From: an uncultured Clostridium sp.
GTDB lineage: Bacteria; Bacillota; Clostridia; Christensenellales; CAG-138
NCBI GenBank assembly: GCA_964392455.1
Contig: CAYMPG010000006.1
Span: 3,131-67,130 of the forward strand
DNA length: 64,000 bases
Direction: 5' to 3'
Both the position numbers and the translations under genes were made by a program. The notes below the pieces were generated by a model that did not search any database, was not told where the DNA came from, and saw only the letters and a program-made list of their open reading frames with translations. Position 1 is the stretch's first letter. The number at the start of each line of letters is the position of its first letter. Shown piece by piece: positions 8,896-17,773 of this stretch.

Positions 8896-9744
8896 ATGCG
8901 TACAGAAATAAAAGACGGCGCTATACATATCACCGGGGTTAATTGCTTTGATATGGCCCGCTCGGCCTGCTGCGGCCAGGCATTCCGCTGGAAAAGCAGC
9001 GGGGATGGCTGGTTTGGCGTGGCTGGTGAAAGAGGCGTATTGATAACCCAGCAGGAGGATGAGCTGACCATATCTCCGGGCACAGATGAGGATATTGGCT
9101 TTTGGCTCAATTACCTCGATCTTTACAGGGACTATCAGGCTATTGAGGCGCAGGTGGCCATGGATAGGGTGCTTTCTCCCTGCCTGGGGTATGCAAGCGG
9201 CATACATATATTCAATCAGGCACCCTTTGAAACACTTATATCCTTTATCATTTCCGCAAATAACAATATAAAGCGCATTACCGGCATAGTGGAGCGGCTG
9301 TGCCAGCTTGCAGGCCACAGGGTAGAGGGGAAAATCCCCTATTATACCTTTCCTGAGCCTGAAGCCATAGCTGCGCTCAGTGAGCAGCAGCTTACCGGTA
9401 TCGGTGCAGGCTACCGGGCCCCGTATATAAAAAAGTCTGCCGGCATGGTGGCGGCAGGCTATGATTTGCAGCGGCTCAGGAACATGGATACCCCATCGGC
9501 AAGGAAGGAGCTATTGAGCTTTCCCGGAGTGGGCCCAAAGGTTGCAGATTGCATACTGCTTTTTTCCCTTGGGCATACAGATGCATTCCCACTGGACGTG
9601 TGGATGAAGCGGGCCATGCGGCTGATGTACTTTGAAGGGCGGGAGCCCGGCAAGCGGGAAATGGAGCAGCAAATAGCCCTCCTTGGGCCAAATAGCGGCA
9701 TATTACAGCAGTATATATTCCATTATGCCCGTGAGAATATGTAA
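8896..9744 (+). CDS. ogg: 8-oxoguanine DNA glycosylase / AP lyase (HhH-GPD, Ogg type)
   Basis: N-terminal GQAFRW block and HhH-GPD region FPGVGPKVADCILLFSLGH..AFPLDVW, which carries the catalytic Lys and Asp context. Confidence 0.7.
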   Translation: MRTEIKDGAIHITGVNCFDMARSACCGQAFRWKSSGDGWFGVAGERGVLITQQEDELTISPGTDEDIGFWLNYLDLYRDYQAIEAQVAMDRVLSPCLGYASGIHIFNQAPFETLISFIISANNNIKRITGIVERLCQLAGHRVEGKIPYYTFPEPEAIAALSEQQLTGIGAGYRAPYIKKSAGMVAAGYDLQRLRNMDTPSARKELLSFPGVGPKVADCILLFSLGHTDAFPLDVWMKRAMRLMYFEGREPGKREMEQQIALLGPNSGILQQYIFHYARENM

Positions 9745-9767
9745 AGCCCACATTACGGGGTCACATT

Positions 9768-10187
9768 TTGAGAATACACGCTAGCGGTAATCTGGCAGAA
9801 ATAGGATGGCGCGAGGATTCTATTGCTGTGAAAACAGATAAACTGCGCTATACAGATAAGGATTCAATCGTAATACAGTTTACGGAGTCAACCAGTAACT
9901 ATGGAAGTTCAGACATTCATATTCTGAGTGTGAATACAGATGCCGATGAAGCGGAGATTATAGAAGAAGCAACAATTTTGGATGGGGGCGTTGATTCTCA
10001 ATTCTATTCTTTGTATGAAAAAACGGCAATGATAGGAGATATGACGGTTATTTCGATGACCCCGGAAGATGAGCTTATCCAGCATATGGAGAAATCAGGT
10101 ACAAATGCAGTTGCCATATCGGGGAATAATTACGAAAAAACACAATATTTGCATTGGACAGGGGAGAAATGGCAGGTATCTGAATAA
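9768..10187 (+). CDS. Hypothetical protein in an AT-rich islet
   Basis: 139-codon ORF with a TTG start and weak SD. The DNA here is visibly more AT-rich than its flanks. No recognisable motif. It may be a gene remnant. Confidence 0.35.
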   Translation: MRIHASGNLAEIGWREDSIAVKTDKLRYTDKDSIVIQFTESTSNYGSSDIHILSVNTDADEAEIIEEATILDGGVDSQFYSLYEKTAMIGDMTVISMTPEDELIQHMEKSGTNAVAISGNNYEKTQYLHWTGEKWQVSE

Positions 10188-10315
10188 GAAAGGCATATAA
10201 CAACAATCCTGTAGTTTTTAGATAAATGTAAGGATGCTGAAAAAAGTAACCAAAGACATTTGCTGAACATGACAAAAACCTCTGGCTATCTGTGCATATT
10301 ATGATGCATACTTTT

Positions 10316-11443
10316 TTACAGGATAAAGCCAGTATTTATAAATACGCTGCGTAGTATCTGCTCCACCTGCTTTTGAGCCTCCTTTTCCCCGTCAGGCGGG
10401 GAGGGCAAAAGGGAGACCACCCTGTGGGACAGCCTGCTCAGCTTCTTTAAAAAGGCATTTTTGCTTATTCCCAGCTCATTAAGGGAAAGGGGCAGCCCCA
10501 GCATATCTGCATATTCCTGCACTGCATCTGCAAGGGAGCGGGCATCGGCAAGGCCCATTGCCTGTGCGGGGGCAAGGTACTTTTCGGAGCGCTCCTCACG
10601 GCGTATTATTTCAGGGAGAAATATTGCCCCCAGGCTGCCAAAGGGTGCAGACCCAAAGGCCAGGGAACAGGCCAGGCACATTGCGCTGAACAGCCCCGAT
10701 GGCGAATTATCGTGGGCCATTCCTGCAAGGCATTGGGCATATAAAAGATGGGCCGGGCTGTGGGGCAGGGCAGAGTGTACAGGCACGCCTCCTGCAAGGA
10801 GCCTTATTGCCTCCAGTGCCATGGGCCGGGAAAAGCTGCTGCATCCATCCTGCGATGCGGCCTCTATGGCTAAAACAAAGGCGGAAAGTATGCACTGAGC
10901 CTCCCGGTGTGCATCCGGGGAGGAAATGAGGGCAGGGTCTATTATGGCCATATCCGCCATAAGGGATGGGATACTTACGCTGTGCTCCATGTCGCCTGCT
11001 GCATCTATAAAGCAGGCAGAGCAGGTCACTTCGCTGCCATGGGTATCATACAGCGGCAGAGTGATGAGCCGGGTCTTATCCAGAGTAATACCTGCTGCAC
11101 GGCCCTGTATGATGTCCTCCGGGGTAAGGTTCGGCTGCTGGTAAAATATGCGGATGAGCTTTGCGGTATCCATCGCACTGTGACCGCCCACCGCCAGCAC
11201 CCATTGGGGTTTGAATTCCATAAGGGCCTTTGTGCCCTCTGCAATATGGGGAATATCCGCATGGTCAGGGCTGGCCTGAAGGTGCCGTGTGTGTATTCCG
11301 GAGGGGGCCAAATGCTGGAGTGCAGCGGCCATGCCTGCCGGGTCATCGTACACCAGCAGCAGCCGCTGCCCTTTAATATCGGACAGGCTTTGCGCTGCAT
11401 GGTCTCCATATAGTATTTTGCCGGGTATGCGAAATTCTGCCAT
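10316..11443 (-). CDS. Iron-containing alcohol dehydrogenase family protein, apparently lacking the metal ligands
   Basis: ATG at 11443 (MAEFRIPGKILYG...). Family blocks present: VGGHSAMDTAK (cf GGGSxxD), IIDPALISSP and GMAH. Where Fe-ADHs have TGMDALTHAIEA, VHGMAH and PHG, this protein has CILSAFVLAIEA, LAGMAH and PSG. Confidence 0.7.
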   Translation of the reverse strand: MAEFRIPGKILYGDHAAQSLSDIKGQRLLLVYDDPAGMAAALQHLAPSGIHTRHLQASPDHADIPHIAEGTKALMEFKPQWVLAVGGHSAMDTAKLIRIFYQQPNLTPEDIIQGRAAGITLDKTRLITLPLYDTHGSEVTCSACFIDAAGDMEHSVSIPSLMADMAIIDPALISSPDAHREAQCILSAFVLAIEAASQDGCSSFSRPMALEAIRLLAGGVPVHSALPHSPAHLLYAQCLAGMAHDNSPSGLFSAMCLACSLAFGSAPFGSLGAIFLPEIIRREERSEKYLAPAQAMGLADARSLADAVQEYADMLGLPLSLNELGISKNAFLKKLSRLSHRVVSLLPSPPDGEKEAQKQVEQILRSVFINTGFIL

Positions 11444-11543
11444 TGCCGCCTCCGCCAAATAGTCTGCTTCCTCATATAATCGGCGGAACGGCGAAAAAGT
11501 ATGCTGCAAAAATATAAATATCATCCGAAAGGAAGTATTACAT

Positions 11544-12185
11544 ATGAACTTAAACAAATACATCGACCACACTCTCCTTAAAGCAAATGCCACCACAGCC
11601 CAGATAAAGCAGCTCTGTGCCGAGGCAAGGGAGTATTCATTTGCAAGCGTTTGCGTGAATTCCTGCCATGTGCCCCTTGCAGCCGGGGAGCTGAAGGGCA
11701 GCGGCGTAAAGGTTTGCTGCGTGGTAGGCTTCCCCCTTGGTGCCTGCCTTACCGAGGCAAAGGCATATGAGGCGGCGCTGGCTGTGAAGGCAGGTGCTGA
11801 GGAAGTGGATATGGTGATCAATATAGGTGCGGCGGTCGAGGGCAACTGGGCGCTGGTGGAGCAGGATATAAAGGCAGTTGCAGAGGCCTGCCATCCCAAT
11901 GCCATACTTAAGGTGATAATAGAGACCTGTCTTCTGGATGATGGTCAGAAGCGGGAGGCCTGCCTTTGTGCAAAAAGGGCTGGGGCGGATTTTGTAAAGA
12001 CCAGCACCGGCTTTTCCACCGGCGGGGCAACGGCTGAGGATGTGGCGCTGATGCGTGAAACGGTGGGAGCGGATATGGGCGTAAAGGCGGCTGGCGGAGT
12101 ACGCACCGCCGAGGACGCCATGAAGATGATATCCTGTGGAGCCACCCGGCTGGGCACCAGCGCAGGAATAAAGCTGATGAGCTGA
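11544..12185 (+). CDS. deoC: Deoxyribose-phosphate aldolase
   Basis: [17 protein letters not shown]...SVCVN...VDMVINIG...KVIIETCLL...FVKTSTGF (Schiff-base Lys context). Confidence 0.9.
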   Translation: MNLNKYIDHTLLKANATTAQIKQLCAEAREYSFASVCVNSCHVPLAAGELKGSGVKVCCVVGFPLGACLTEAKAYEAALAVKAGAEEVDMVINIGAAVEGNWALVEQDIKAVAEACHPNAILKVIIETCLLDDGQKREACLCAKRAGADFVKTSTGFSTGGATAEDVALMRETVGADMGVKAAGGVRTAEDAMKMISCGATRLGTSAGIKLMS

Positions 12186-12214
12186 TATAATCAAATAAGC
12201 ATACATAGTATACG

Positions 12215-12247
12215 AGCGGAGGCAGCAGCCTCCGCTTTTACTTTTTT
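12215..12247 (+). terminator. Intrinsic terminator after deoC
   Basis: AGCGGAGGC-AGCA-GCCTCCGCT followed by TTTTACTTTTTT. Confidence 0.7.
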
Positions 12248-12298
12248 GGCAGAGGGACAAAACCCGTGCATAAATGGCAAAAATCGTGGGAATAATAG

Positions 12299-12327
12299 GC
12301 AGGATGCAGTTTTTGCGTGGCGAATAG
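12299..12327 (+). promoter_or_regulatory. Candidate sigmaH-type promoter of spoIIAA-spoIIAB-sigF
   Basis: GCAGGATGC, 11 nt, GGCGAATAG fits RNAGGAWWW-N11/12-RNNGAATWW apart from the WWW positions. TGGCGAA (12318..12324) also matches the 0A-box pattern TGNCGAA. Confidence 0.4.
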
Positions 12328-12373
12328 ATACATGACAGGTCCAAATGACCAACATATCCACATGGAGGTACAT

Positions 12374-12676
12374 ATGCAGCTTGCAAACAGAAGAAAAGGA
12401 TGTGGGCTAACTGTGATGCTCTCAGGGGAGCTGGATCATCACAATGCCGCCGAAATAAGGGAGGCCATCGACAGCCTGCTGGATGGCTCTGTAAGGGAGC
12501 TTACCCTTGATATGGGCGGGGTAACGTTTATGGACAGCTCCGGCATAGGCATAGTGCTGGGGCGATACAGGCGTATGCGGGAGCGGGATGGAAAAATGTA
12601 TCTGAGCGGCCTTGGGGGCAATGCTGAAAGGATACTCAGGATGGCAGGCGTGCTTGGGCTGATAGAAAGAAAATGA
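12374..12676 (+). CDS. spoIIAA: Anti-sigma-F factor antagonist SpoIIAA (STAS)
   Basis: ATG at 12374 lies 5 nt after GGAGGT. Contains the phosphorylatable Ser context FMDSSGIGIVLG. The stop overlaps the spoIIAB start (ATGA). Confidence 0.9.
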   Translation: MQLANRRKGCGLTVMLSGELDHHNAAEIREAIDSLLDGSVRELTLDMGGVTFMDSSGIGIVLGRYRRMRERDGKMYLSGLGGNAERILRMAGVLGLIERK

Positions 12677-13128
12677 TGGGGGTAAACAAGATGGTAAACC
12701 ATATGGAACTTAGCTTTGACAGCATATCTCAAAACGAATCCTTCGCAAGGGCTGTGGCTGCGGCCTTTGCTACTCAGCTTAATCCTACCATAGAGGAGCT
12801 TTCGGATATACGCACGGCGGTAAGCGAGGCTGTGACCAATGCCATAGTGCATGGCTACGGCAATAATGCTGGAAGGACTGTGTACATGGGCTGCACCATA
12901 CAGGGGGATGTATTTGAGATAACCGTGGGGGATGAGGGCAGGGGCATGGAAAATGTATCCCTTGCCATGCAGCCCTTCTATACCACCATGCCCGGTACGG
13001 AGCGCTCAGGCATGGGCTTTTCCGTAATGGAGGCCTTTATGGATGGGCTCAGGGTAGAATCTGAGCCGGGCAAAGGCACCAAAGTTATAATGACCAAGGT
13101 GATAGGGTCGGTGAGGGATGATGAGTGA
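12673..13128 (+). CDS. spoIIAB: Anti-sigma-F factor / Ser kinase SpoIIAB
   Basis: LSFDSISQNESFARAVAAAFATQLNPT..EL.DIRTAVSEAVTNAIVHGY is colinear with B. subtilis SpoIIAB. G-boxes VGDEGRGM and GMGFSVM are present. Confidence 0.9.
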   Translation: MMGVNKMVNHMELSFDSISQNESFARAVAAAFATQLNPTIEELSDIRTAVSEAVTNAIVHGYGNNAGRTVYMGCTIQGDVFEITVGDEGRGMENVSLAMQPFYTTMPGTERSGMGFSVMEAFMDGLRVESEPGKGTKVIMTKVIGSVRDDE

Positions 13129-13870
13129 CAGGCCGGGCTTATCCTACAGGCGCACCCTGGAGCTTATCCCCCTTGCCAGAGAGGGGGACAGCCAGGCCAT
13201 GGAGGAGATAGTATGCAGCAACATGGCGCTGGTGCGCTCCATTGTAAAGAAATACGTAAACCGTGGCGTGGAGTATGAGGACCTGTATCAGATAGGCTGC
13301 ATGGGGCTTGTGAAGGCGGTGAAGAACTTCGACCCGGGGTTTAATGTGAGGTTTTCCACCTATGCAGTGCCAATGATAGCCGGCGAGATAAAGCGGTATA
13401 TGCGGGATGATGGCATGATAAAGGTCAGCCGGTCCTTGAAGGAGCTGGCGGGCAGAGCTGCCGCCGCCCAGAGCGAGCTTTCCTCAAGGCTGGGCAGAGA
13501 TCCGGGCATACTGGAGCTTGCCAAATACATGGGCGAGGATCCTGAGGAGATAGCAATGGCAATGGATGCATCCCGGCCCCATGTTTCAATATATGAGCCG
13601 GCATATGGCGATGATGGAGACGCTCTGGTGATGGACAGGCTTACAGGCGAAGGAAATGGAGAGGACGAGGCGCTGGACAGGGTGCTTTTGCAGCAGCTTA
13701 TGGACATACTTGAGCCACGGGAGCGGCGCATAATAATGCTGCGCTATTTCCGCGATAAGACCCAGAGCGAGATAGCAGCATCCATGGGCATATCCCAGGT
13801 GCAGGTATCCCGGCTGGAGAGCCGCATAATGAAAAAGCTCAGGGAGCGGGCCATAGGAGAAAGCAGCTGA
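13118..13870 (+). CDS. sigF: Sporulation sigma factor SigF
   Basis: Third gene of the spoIIA operon. Contains DLYQIGCMGLVKAVKNFDPGFNVRFSTYAVPMIAGEIKRYMRDDGMIKVSRSLKEL and the region 4 block ISQVQVSRLE. Confidence 0.9.
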   Translation: MMSDRPGLSYRRTLELIPLAREGDSQAMEEIVCSNMALVRSIVKKYVNRGVEYEDLYQIGCMGLVKAVKNFDPGFNVRFSTYAVPMIAGEIKRYMRDDGMIKVSRSLKELAGRAAAAQSELSSRLGRDPGILELAKYMGEDPEEIAMAMDASRPHVSIYEPAYGDDGDALVMDRLTGEGNGEDEALDRVLLQQLMDILEPRERRIIMLRYFRDKTQSEIAASMGISQVQVSRLESRIMKKLRERAIGESS

Positions 13871-13950
13871 AGTAGGGGTAAAAAATATGTTCCATTTTCG
13901 CTGAGAATATGTTAAAATATTTGAAGTAAAAACGAAATGGAGCACGCAGA

Positions 13951-14571
13951 ATGAACATACTGCCTTACTTATGGGTAATAATGGCGGCTTACCTGCTGGG
14001 CTGCTCAAATATGGCGCTGTACATTTCCCGGTTTAAGGGGGTGGATATGCGCTCAGGCGGCAGCGGAAACCTGGGGGCGTCCAATGCCACGCTGCTGATG
14101 GGCTGGGGAGCAGGCGTGCTTGTGGGGCTTCACGATATAGCAAAGGCTGCGATAGCTGTGGTGATTGCAGAGCTTATATACCCAAATGTGGAAAACATAG
14201 GCGCTGTGGCAGGCGTGGCAGCGGTGATGGGGCATATTTTTCCTGCGCCGATGGGCTTCAGAGGGGGCAAGGGCTTTGCCTCGTATATAGGCATGACGCT
14301 TGCGCTTAATTGGAAATTTGCCCTGGCGATAATGGCCATGGTGCTGGTGATAACCCTTGTTACAGACTATATCGTGCTGGGAACTACGGCCACCGTGCTG
14401 CTGGTGCCGGGGTATTTGGGCTGGGAGCGTAAAAATATGCTGCTGGTGCTCATACTGCTGATTGCCACGGCTGTGATAATCTACAAGCACAGGGCAAACT
14501 ACGTGCGTATAATGAACGGCACCGAAATAGGGCTGCGCTCCGCCGCAAAGGGCGAGCAGCGGGTGCGATAA
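13951..14571 (+). CDS. plsY: Acyl-phosphate glycerol-3-phosphate acyltransferase PlsY family
   Basis: Polytopic membrane protein of about 200 aa with GGSGNLGASNATLLMG (cf GSGNxGATN) and HDIAKA. Confidence 0.75.
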   Translation: MNILPYLWVIMAAYLLGCSNMALYISRFKGVDMRSGGSGNLGASNATLLMGWGAGVLVGLHDIAKAAIAVVIAELIYPNVENIGAVAGVAAVMGHIFPAPMGFRGGKGFASYIGMTLALNWKFALAIMAMVLVITLVTDYIVLGTTATVLLVPGYLGWERKNMLLVLILLIATAVIIYKHRANYVRIMNGTEIGLRSAAKGEQRVR

Positions 14572-14582
14572 CGGAGAAAAGC

Positions 14583-14625
14583 AAAAGGGCGGTATACCGG
14601 GATAAACCCTGCATACCGCCCTTTT
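14583..14625. terminator. Bidirectional intrinsic terminator (plsY / mtaD)
   Basis: GGGCGGTAT (14587..14595) pairs with ATACCGCCC (14613..14621). It is flanked by AAAA and TTTT. Confidence 0.65.
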
Positions 14626-14635
14626 AATATGTGCT

Positions 14636-15934
14636 TTAGCTGTAAAGGTGCTTTAGAGACTGCTTTACGTCTGCAAAGACCTTTTCTTTGTCTATGGTGA
14701 GGAATTCGCCGTTTTCGTAAAGTATTTTTCCATCTACCATCGTCATGGCAACGTCGCTTCCCTGGGCGCTGTAGCACAGCATGGATATGGGATCAAAAGC
14801 GGGCAGCATATGTGGAGCATCGAAGCTCAGGGCGATTAGATCTGCCTTGTTGCCTATGGCTATGCTGCCGCAATCCGGACGGCCCTGCATTTTGGCGCCG
14901 TTTGCCGTGGCCATTTTCAGCACCTCATGGGGCTTCATTATGACAGGGTCATTGTGGAAGCCATTGTGTATTATGGAGGCAATGTGCATCTCCTCTATAA
15001 GGTTAAGGTTGTTGTTGCTGGCGGCACCGTCAGTGCCAAGGCCTATGGTGAGCCCCATATCCAGCATCTTCTGAATGGGGGCAAAGCCGCTTCCCAGCTT
15101 CATATTGCTGGTAGGGTTATGTATGGGGGAAACGTTGTATTTACGGAGTATGTCCAGATCCTCATCGGTACACCATACACAGTGGGCCGCAATGCAGGGG
15201 CTGTCAAATGCGCCAAGGTCACGGAACCACTGTGCGGGGGTTTTGCCGTATTTTTTTATGCACTCATCATGCTCGGCCTTTGTTTCTGAAAGGTGTATGT
15301 GCATTATTCCCTGCCTATCCCGGCAGGCTCTGCTGTGAGCTTTTACTATATGCTCAAGGCAGGTATACTCTGCGTGGATGGAAAAGTCTATCCTGAGCCT
15401 GCCGTTTCCTGCACCGTGGTATTTATCATAGAGGGCAAGGGCCTCCTTTACCCGGTAGCTGTCCTCATAGGCCTCTGAAGGGTCAAAGGCAGATATGGCC
15501 CGGCAGATATTGGCCTTTATGCCAGAGGAAAGCACTGCCTCCGCAGTATCCTCGGAAAAGTAATACATATCGGAAAAGCTGGTGGTGCCGGTGGAAAGCA
15601 TTTCCATTATAGCAAGCTGGCTGCCCGCCTTTACATCCTGAGAGCGCAGCTTGTCTTCCGTGGGAAACATATGGTCATAAAGCCATTCCTTGAGGGGCAG
15701 GTCGCTGCCTATGCCTCTTAGCAGTGTCATTGCGGCGTGGCAATGGGTATTGATAAGGCCGGGGAAAAGCACCTTTCCGCCCATATCCTTTATGTGGTCA
15801 TATTTCTCCTGGGGCTGAGTATCGCCAAGGTAGCATATCCTGTCATCGGCTATGCCGAGACAGCCGTCCTTTATAATGGAAAAATGGTTATCGGCAGAGG
15901 CAACGATATGGCAGTTTTTCAGCAGGGTCTTCAT
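14636..15934 (-). CDS. mtaD: 5-methylthioadenosine / S-adenosylhomocysteine deaminase (amidohydrolase superfamily)
   Basis: MKTLLKNCHIV...FPGLINTHCHAAMTLLRG...HLSET..E...GTDGAASNN; length 432 aa. Confidence 0.8.
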   Translation of the reverse strand: MKTLLKNCHIVASADNHFSIIKDGCLGIADDRICYLGDTQPQEKYDHIKDMGGKVLFPGLINTHCHAAMTLLRGIGSDLPLKEWLYDHMFPTEDKLRSQDVKAGSQLAIMEMLSTGTTSFSDMYYFSEDTAEAVLSSGIKANICRAISAFDPSEAYEDSYRVKEALALYDKYHGAGNGRLRIDFSIHAEYTCLEHIVKAHSRACRDRQGIMHIHLSETKAEHDECIKKYGKTPAQWFRDLGAFDSPCIAAHCVWCTDEDLDILRKYNVSPIHNPTSNMKLGSGFAPIQKMLDMGLTIGLGTDGAASNNNLNLIEEMHIASIIHNGFHNDPVIMKPHEVLKMATANGAKMQGRPDCGSIAIGNKADLIALSFDAPHMLPAFDPISMLCYSAQGSDVAMTMVDGKILYENGEFLTIDKEKVFADVKQSLKHLYS

Positions 15935-16007
15935 AGTATACTTATATCCTTCTCCGGTAAGTTTGATATTTATATTATATCAGCACCCATGTGGAATGCA
16001 AAGCGGA

Positions 16008-16037
16008 TTGACACTATTAAGGCTGCCCTGTTAGAAT
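16008..16037 (+). promoter_or_regulatory. Candidate sigmaA promoter of ahcY
   Basis: TTGACA (16008..16013), 17-18 nt spacer, TAGAAT (16032..16037). Confidence 0.45.
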
Positions 16038-16077
16038 GAATTATTGTATGACACAGGCAAAAAAGGAGAATTTTATC

Positions 16078-17322
16078 ATGAGCATAGTAAAGGATATGAG
16101 CCTTGCGGAGTATGGCCGCATGAAGATAGAGTGGGTGCAGGATTTTATGCCGGCCCTGTCAGCTATAAAGGCACGCTTTGAAAAGGAAAAGCCCTTTGAA
16201 GGGCTGAAGATAACCCTTTCCATACACATGGAGCCCAAGACTGCATACCTGGCCCTTTGCCTTGCTGCGGGCGGCGCACAGGTGCACGCCACGGGCTGCA
16301 ATCCCCTTTCCACCCAGGATGATGCAGCGGCCGGGCTGGCTTCACTGGGAGTAAATACCTACGCAAAGTATGGCGTGGATGGTGAGGAATATCAGAGCCT
16401 GCTGGAGGCGGCCCTGTCCTGCCATCCTGACCTTATAATCGACGACGGCGGCGACCTTATGGAAATGCTGTCCGGCAAACGCAGTGACCTTGCAGACAGG
16501 GTAATAGGCGGAGCCGAGGAGACTACCACCGGCATACATCGCCTCAGGGCAAGGGAACGCGCCGGTATACTGCCGTTCCCCATGATGAATGTAAACGACG
16601 CCAAGTGCAAGCATTATTACGATAATAAATACGGCACGGGCCAATCCGTATGGGATGGCATTATGCATACTACAAATCTGCTTGTGGCAGGGCGCACCGT
16701 GGTGGTTGCAGGGTATGGCTACTGCGGCTGTGGCGTGGCCATGAGAGCAAAGGGCATGGGTGCAAATGTTATTGTGACCGAGATAGACCCTATAAAGGCT
16801 CTTGAAGCATCCATGGATGGCTGCCGTGTGATGACAATGGACAAGGCTGCGCCTGAGGGAGATATTTTTGTTACTACCACCGGCTGCCGTGATGTTATCA
16901 CCCGCCGCCATTTTGAGGTGATGAAGGATAATGCATTCCTTTCCAATGCGGGCCACTTTAATGTGGAGGTAAATGCAGAGGAGCTGGAGGCCATGGCGGT
17001 AAAGGTATTCAAGCGGCGCAAGGATATAATGGGCTACCAGATGGCAGACGGGCGCACGCTGAACCTTCTTGCTGAGGGAAGGCTGGTAAACCTTGCCTCC
17101 GGCAACGGGCATCCTGCGGAAATAATGGATACCAGCTTTGCCATACAGGCGCTGTCCCTTGAATACCTTGTAAAGCATGGCAGGGGGCTGGATAAGCGGG
17201 TATATGAGGTGCCAAGGGAGATAGATGAGGAGGTATCCCGCCTTAAGCTCAAGGGCTGCGGCATGGAGGTGGATGTGCTTACTCCCGAGCAGGAGGCATA
17301 CCTTAATAGCTGGGAAGTATAA
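16078..17322 (+). CDS. ahcY: Adenosylhomocysteinase
   Basis: ATG at 16078 follows AAGGAG. Contains MSIVKDMSLAEYGRMKIEW...MP.L....RF..EKPF.G.KI...HME.KTA and the NAD-binding block VVVAGYGYCGCGVA. Confidence 0.9.
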   Translation: MSIVKDMSLAEYGRMKIEWVQDFMPALSAIKARFEKEKPFEGLKITLSIHMEPKTAYLALCLAAGGAQVHATGCNPLSTQDDAAAGLASLGVNTYAKYGVDGEEYQSLLEAALSCHPDLIIDDGGDLMEMLSGKRSDLADRVIGGAEETTTGIHRLRARERAGILPFPMMNVNDAKCKHYYDNKYGTGQSVWDGIMHTTNLLVAGRTVVVAGYGYCGCGVAMRAKGMGANVIVTEIDPIKALEASMDGCRVMTMDKAAPEGDIFVTTTGCRDVITRRHFEVMKDNAFLSNAGHFNVEVNAEELEAMAVKVFKRRKDIMGYQMADGRTLNLLAEGRLVNLASGNGHPAEIMDTSFAIQALSLEYLVKHGRGLDKRVYEVPREIDEEVSRLKLKGCGMEVDVLTPEQEAYLNSWEV

Positions 17323-17353
17323 AGGATACACTTTAAACAGTATCCCATCATAT

Positions 17354-17390
17354 GCAGCGGGGCAGCGGGCTCCGCTGCTTTGCTTTTTCG
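17354..17390 (+). terminator. Intrinsic terminator after ahcY
   Basis: GCAGCGG...CCGCTGC followed by TTTGCTTTTT. Confidence 0.55.
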
Positions 17391-17447
17391 GGCGGATATG
17401 CTATAATGCCGCATTTTTCAGCATAATATAATGGGAGGTGATAAGCT

Positions 17448-17693
17448 GTGGCCTATTTAAATTTCGGTGATATCCGCCGCAAGGAAGTGATAAATATGAG
17501 GGATGGCTCCAGGCTGGGCTGCATATGCGATCTGGAGGTGGAGCAGTGCTCCGGGCTGATACGGTCCATAGTTGTGCCGGGGCCGCCCCGTTTTTTCGGT
17601 ATGCTCCGCAGCGATGAGGAGCTGGTGATACCTTATAATCGCATCAGCATGATAGGGGATGATGTGATACTGGTGGATATCGTGCTGAAGTAA
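17448..17693 (+). CDS. ylmC: YlmC/YmxH family sporulation protein (PRC barrel)
   Basis: GTG start lies 6 nt after GGGAGGTGA. Contains RRKEVINMRDGSRLGCICDLEVE...GLIRSIVVPG....F......ELVIPYNRISMIGDDVILVD. Confidence 0.8.
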   Translation: MAYLNFGDIRRKEVINMRDGSRLGCICDLEVEQCSGLIRSIVVPGPPRFFGMLRSDEELVIPYNRISMIGDDVILVDIVLK

Positions 17694-17773
17694 ATTTATA
17701 AAAGTATATGGAAAAAAGACGATATGTATGGTATTATCCAATAAAACGATACTATATTTAGGGGGGATTTCCC

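Noticed and set aside
10316-11905. 529-aa ORF suggesting a much longer ADH-like protein
   Set aside because: The N-terminal 154 codons run antisense through the deoC coding region (11544..12185). They are Ala/Ser/Thr-rich shadow sequence with no homology. The ADH-family similarity starts exactly at the internal ATG 11443 (MAEFRIPGK).
12317-12373. Upstream extension of spoIIAA (ORF-track start at 12317)
   Set aside because: The extension (MANRYMTGPNDQHIHMEVH) has no STAS homology and would overlap the candidate sigmaH -10 region. ATG 12374 has a well-spaced GGAGGT.
15935-16077. Possible SAH or SAM riboswitch upstream of ahcY
   Set aside because: The candidate promoter (16008..16037) leaves a leader of only about 40 nt. 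That is too short for any known SAM or SAH aptamer, and no terminator or anti-SD hairpin is present.
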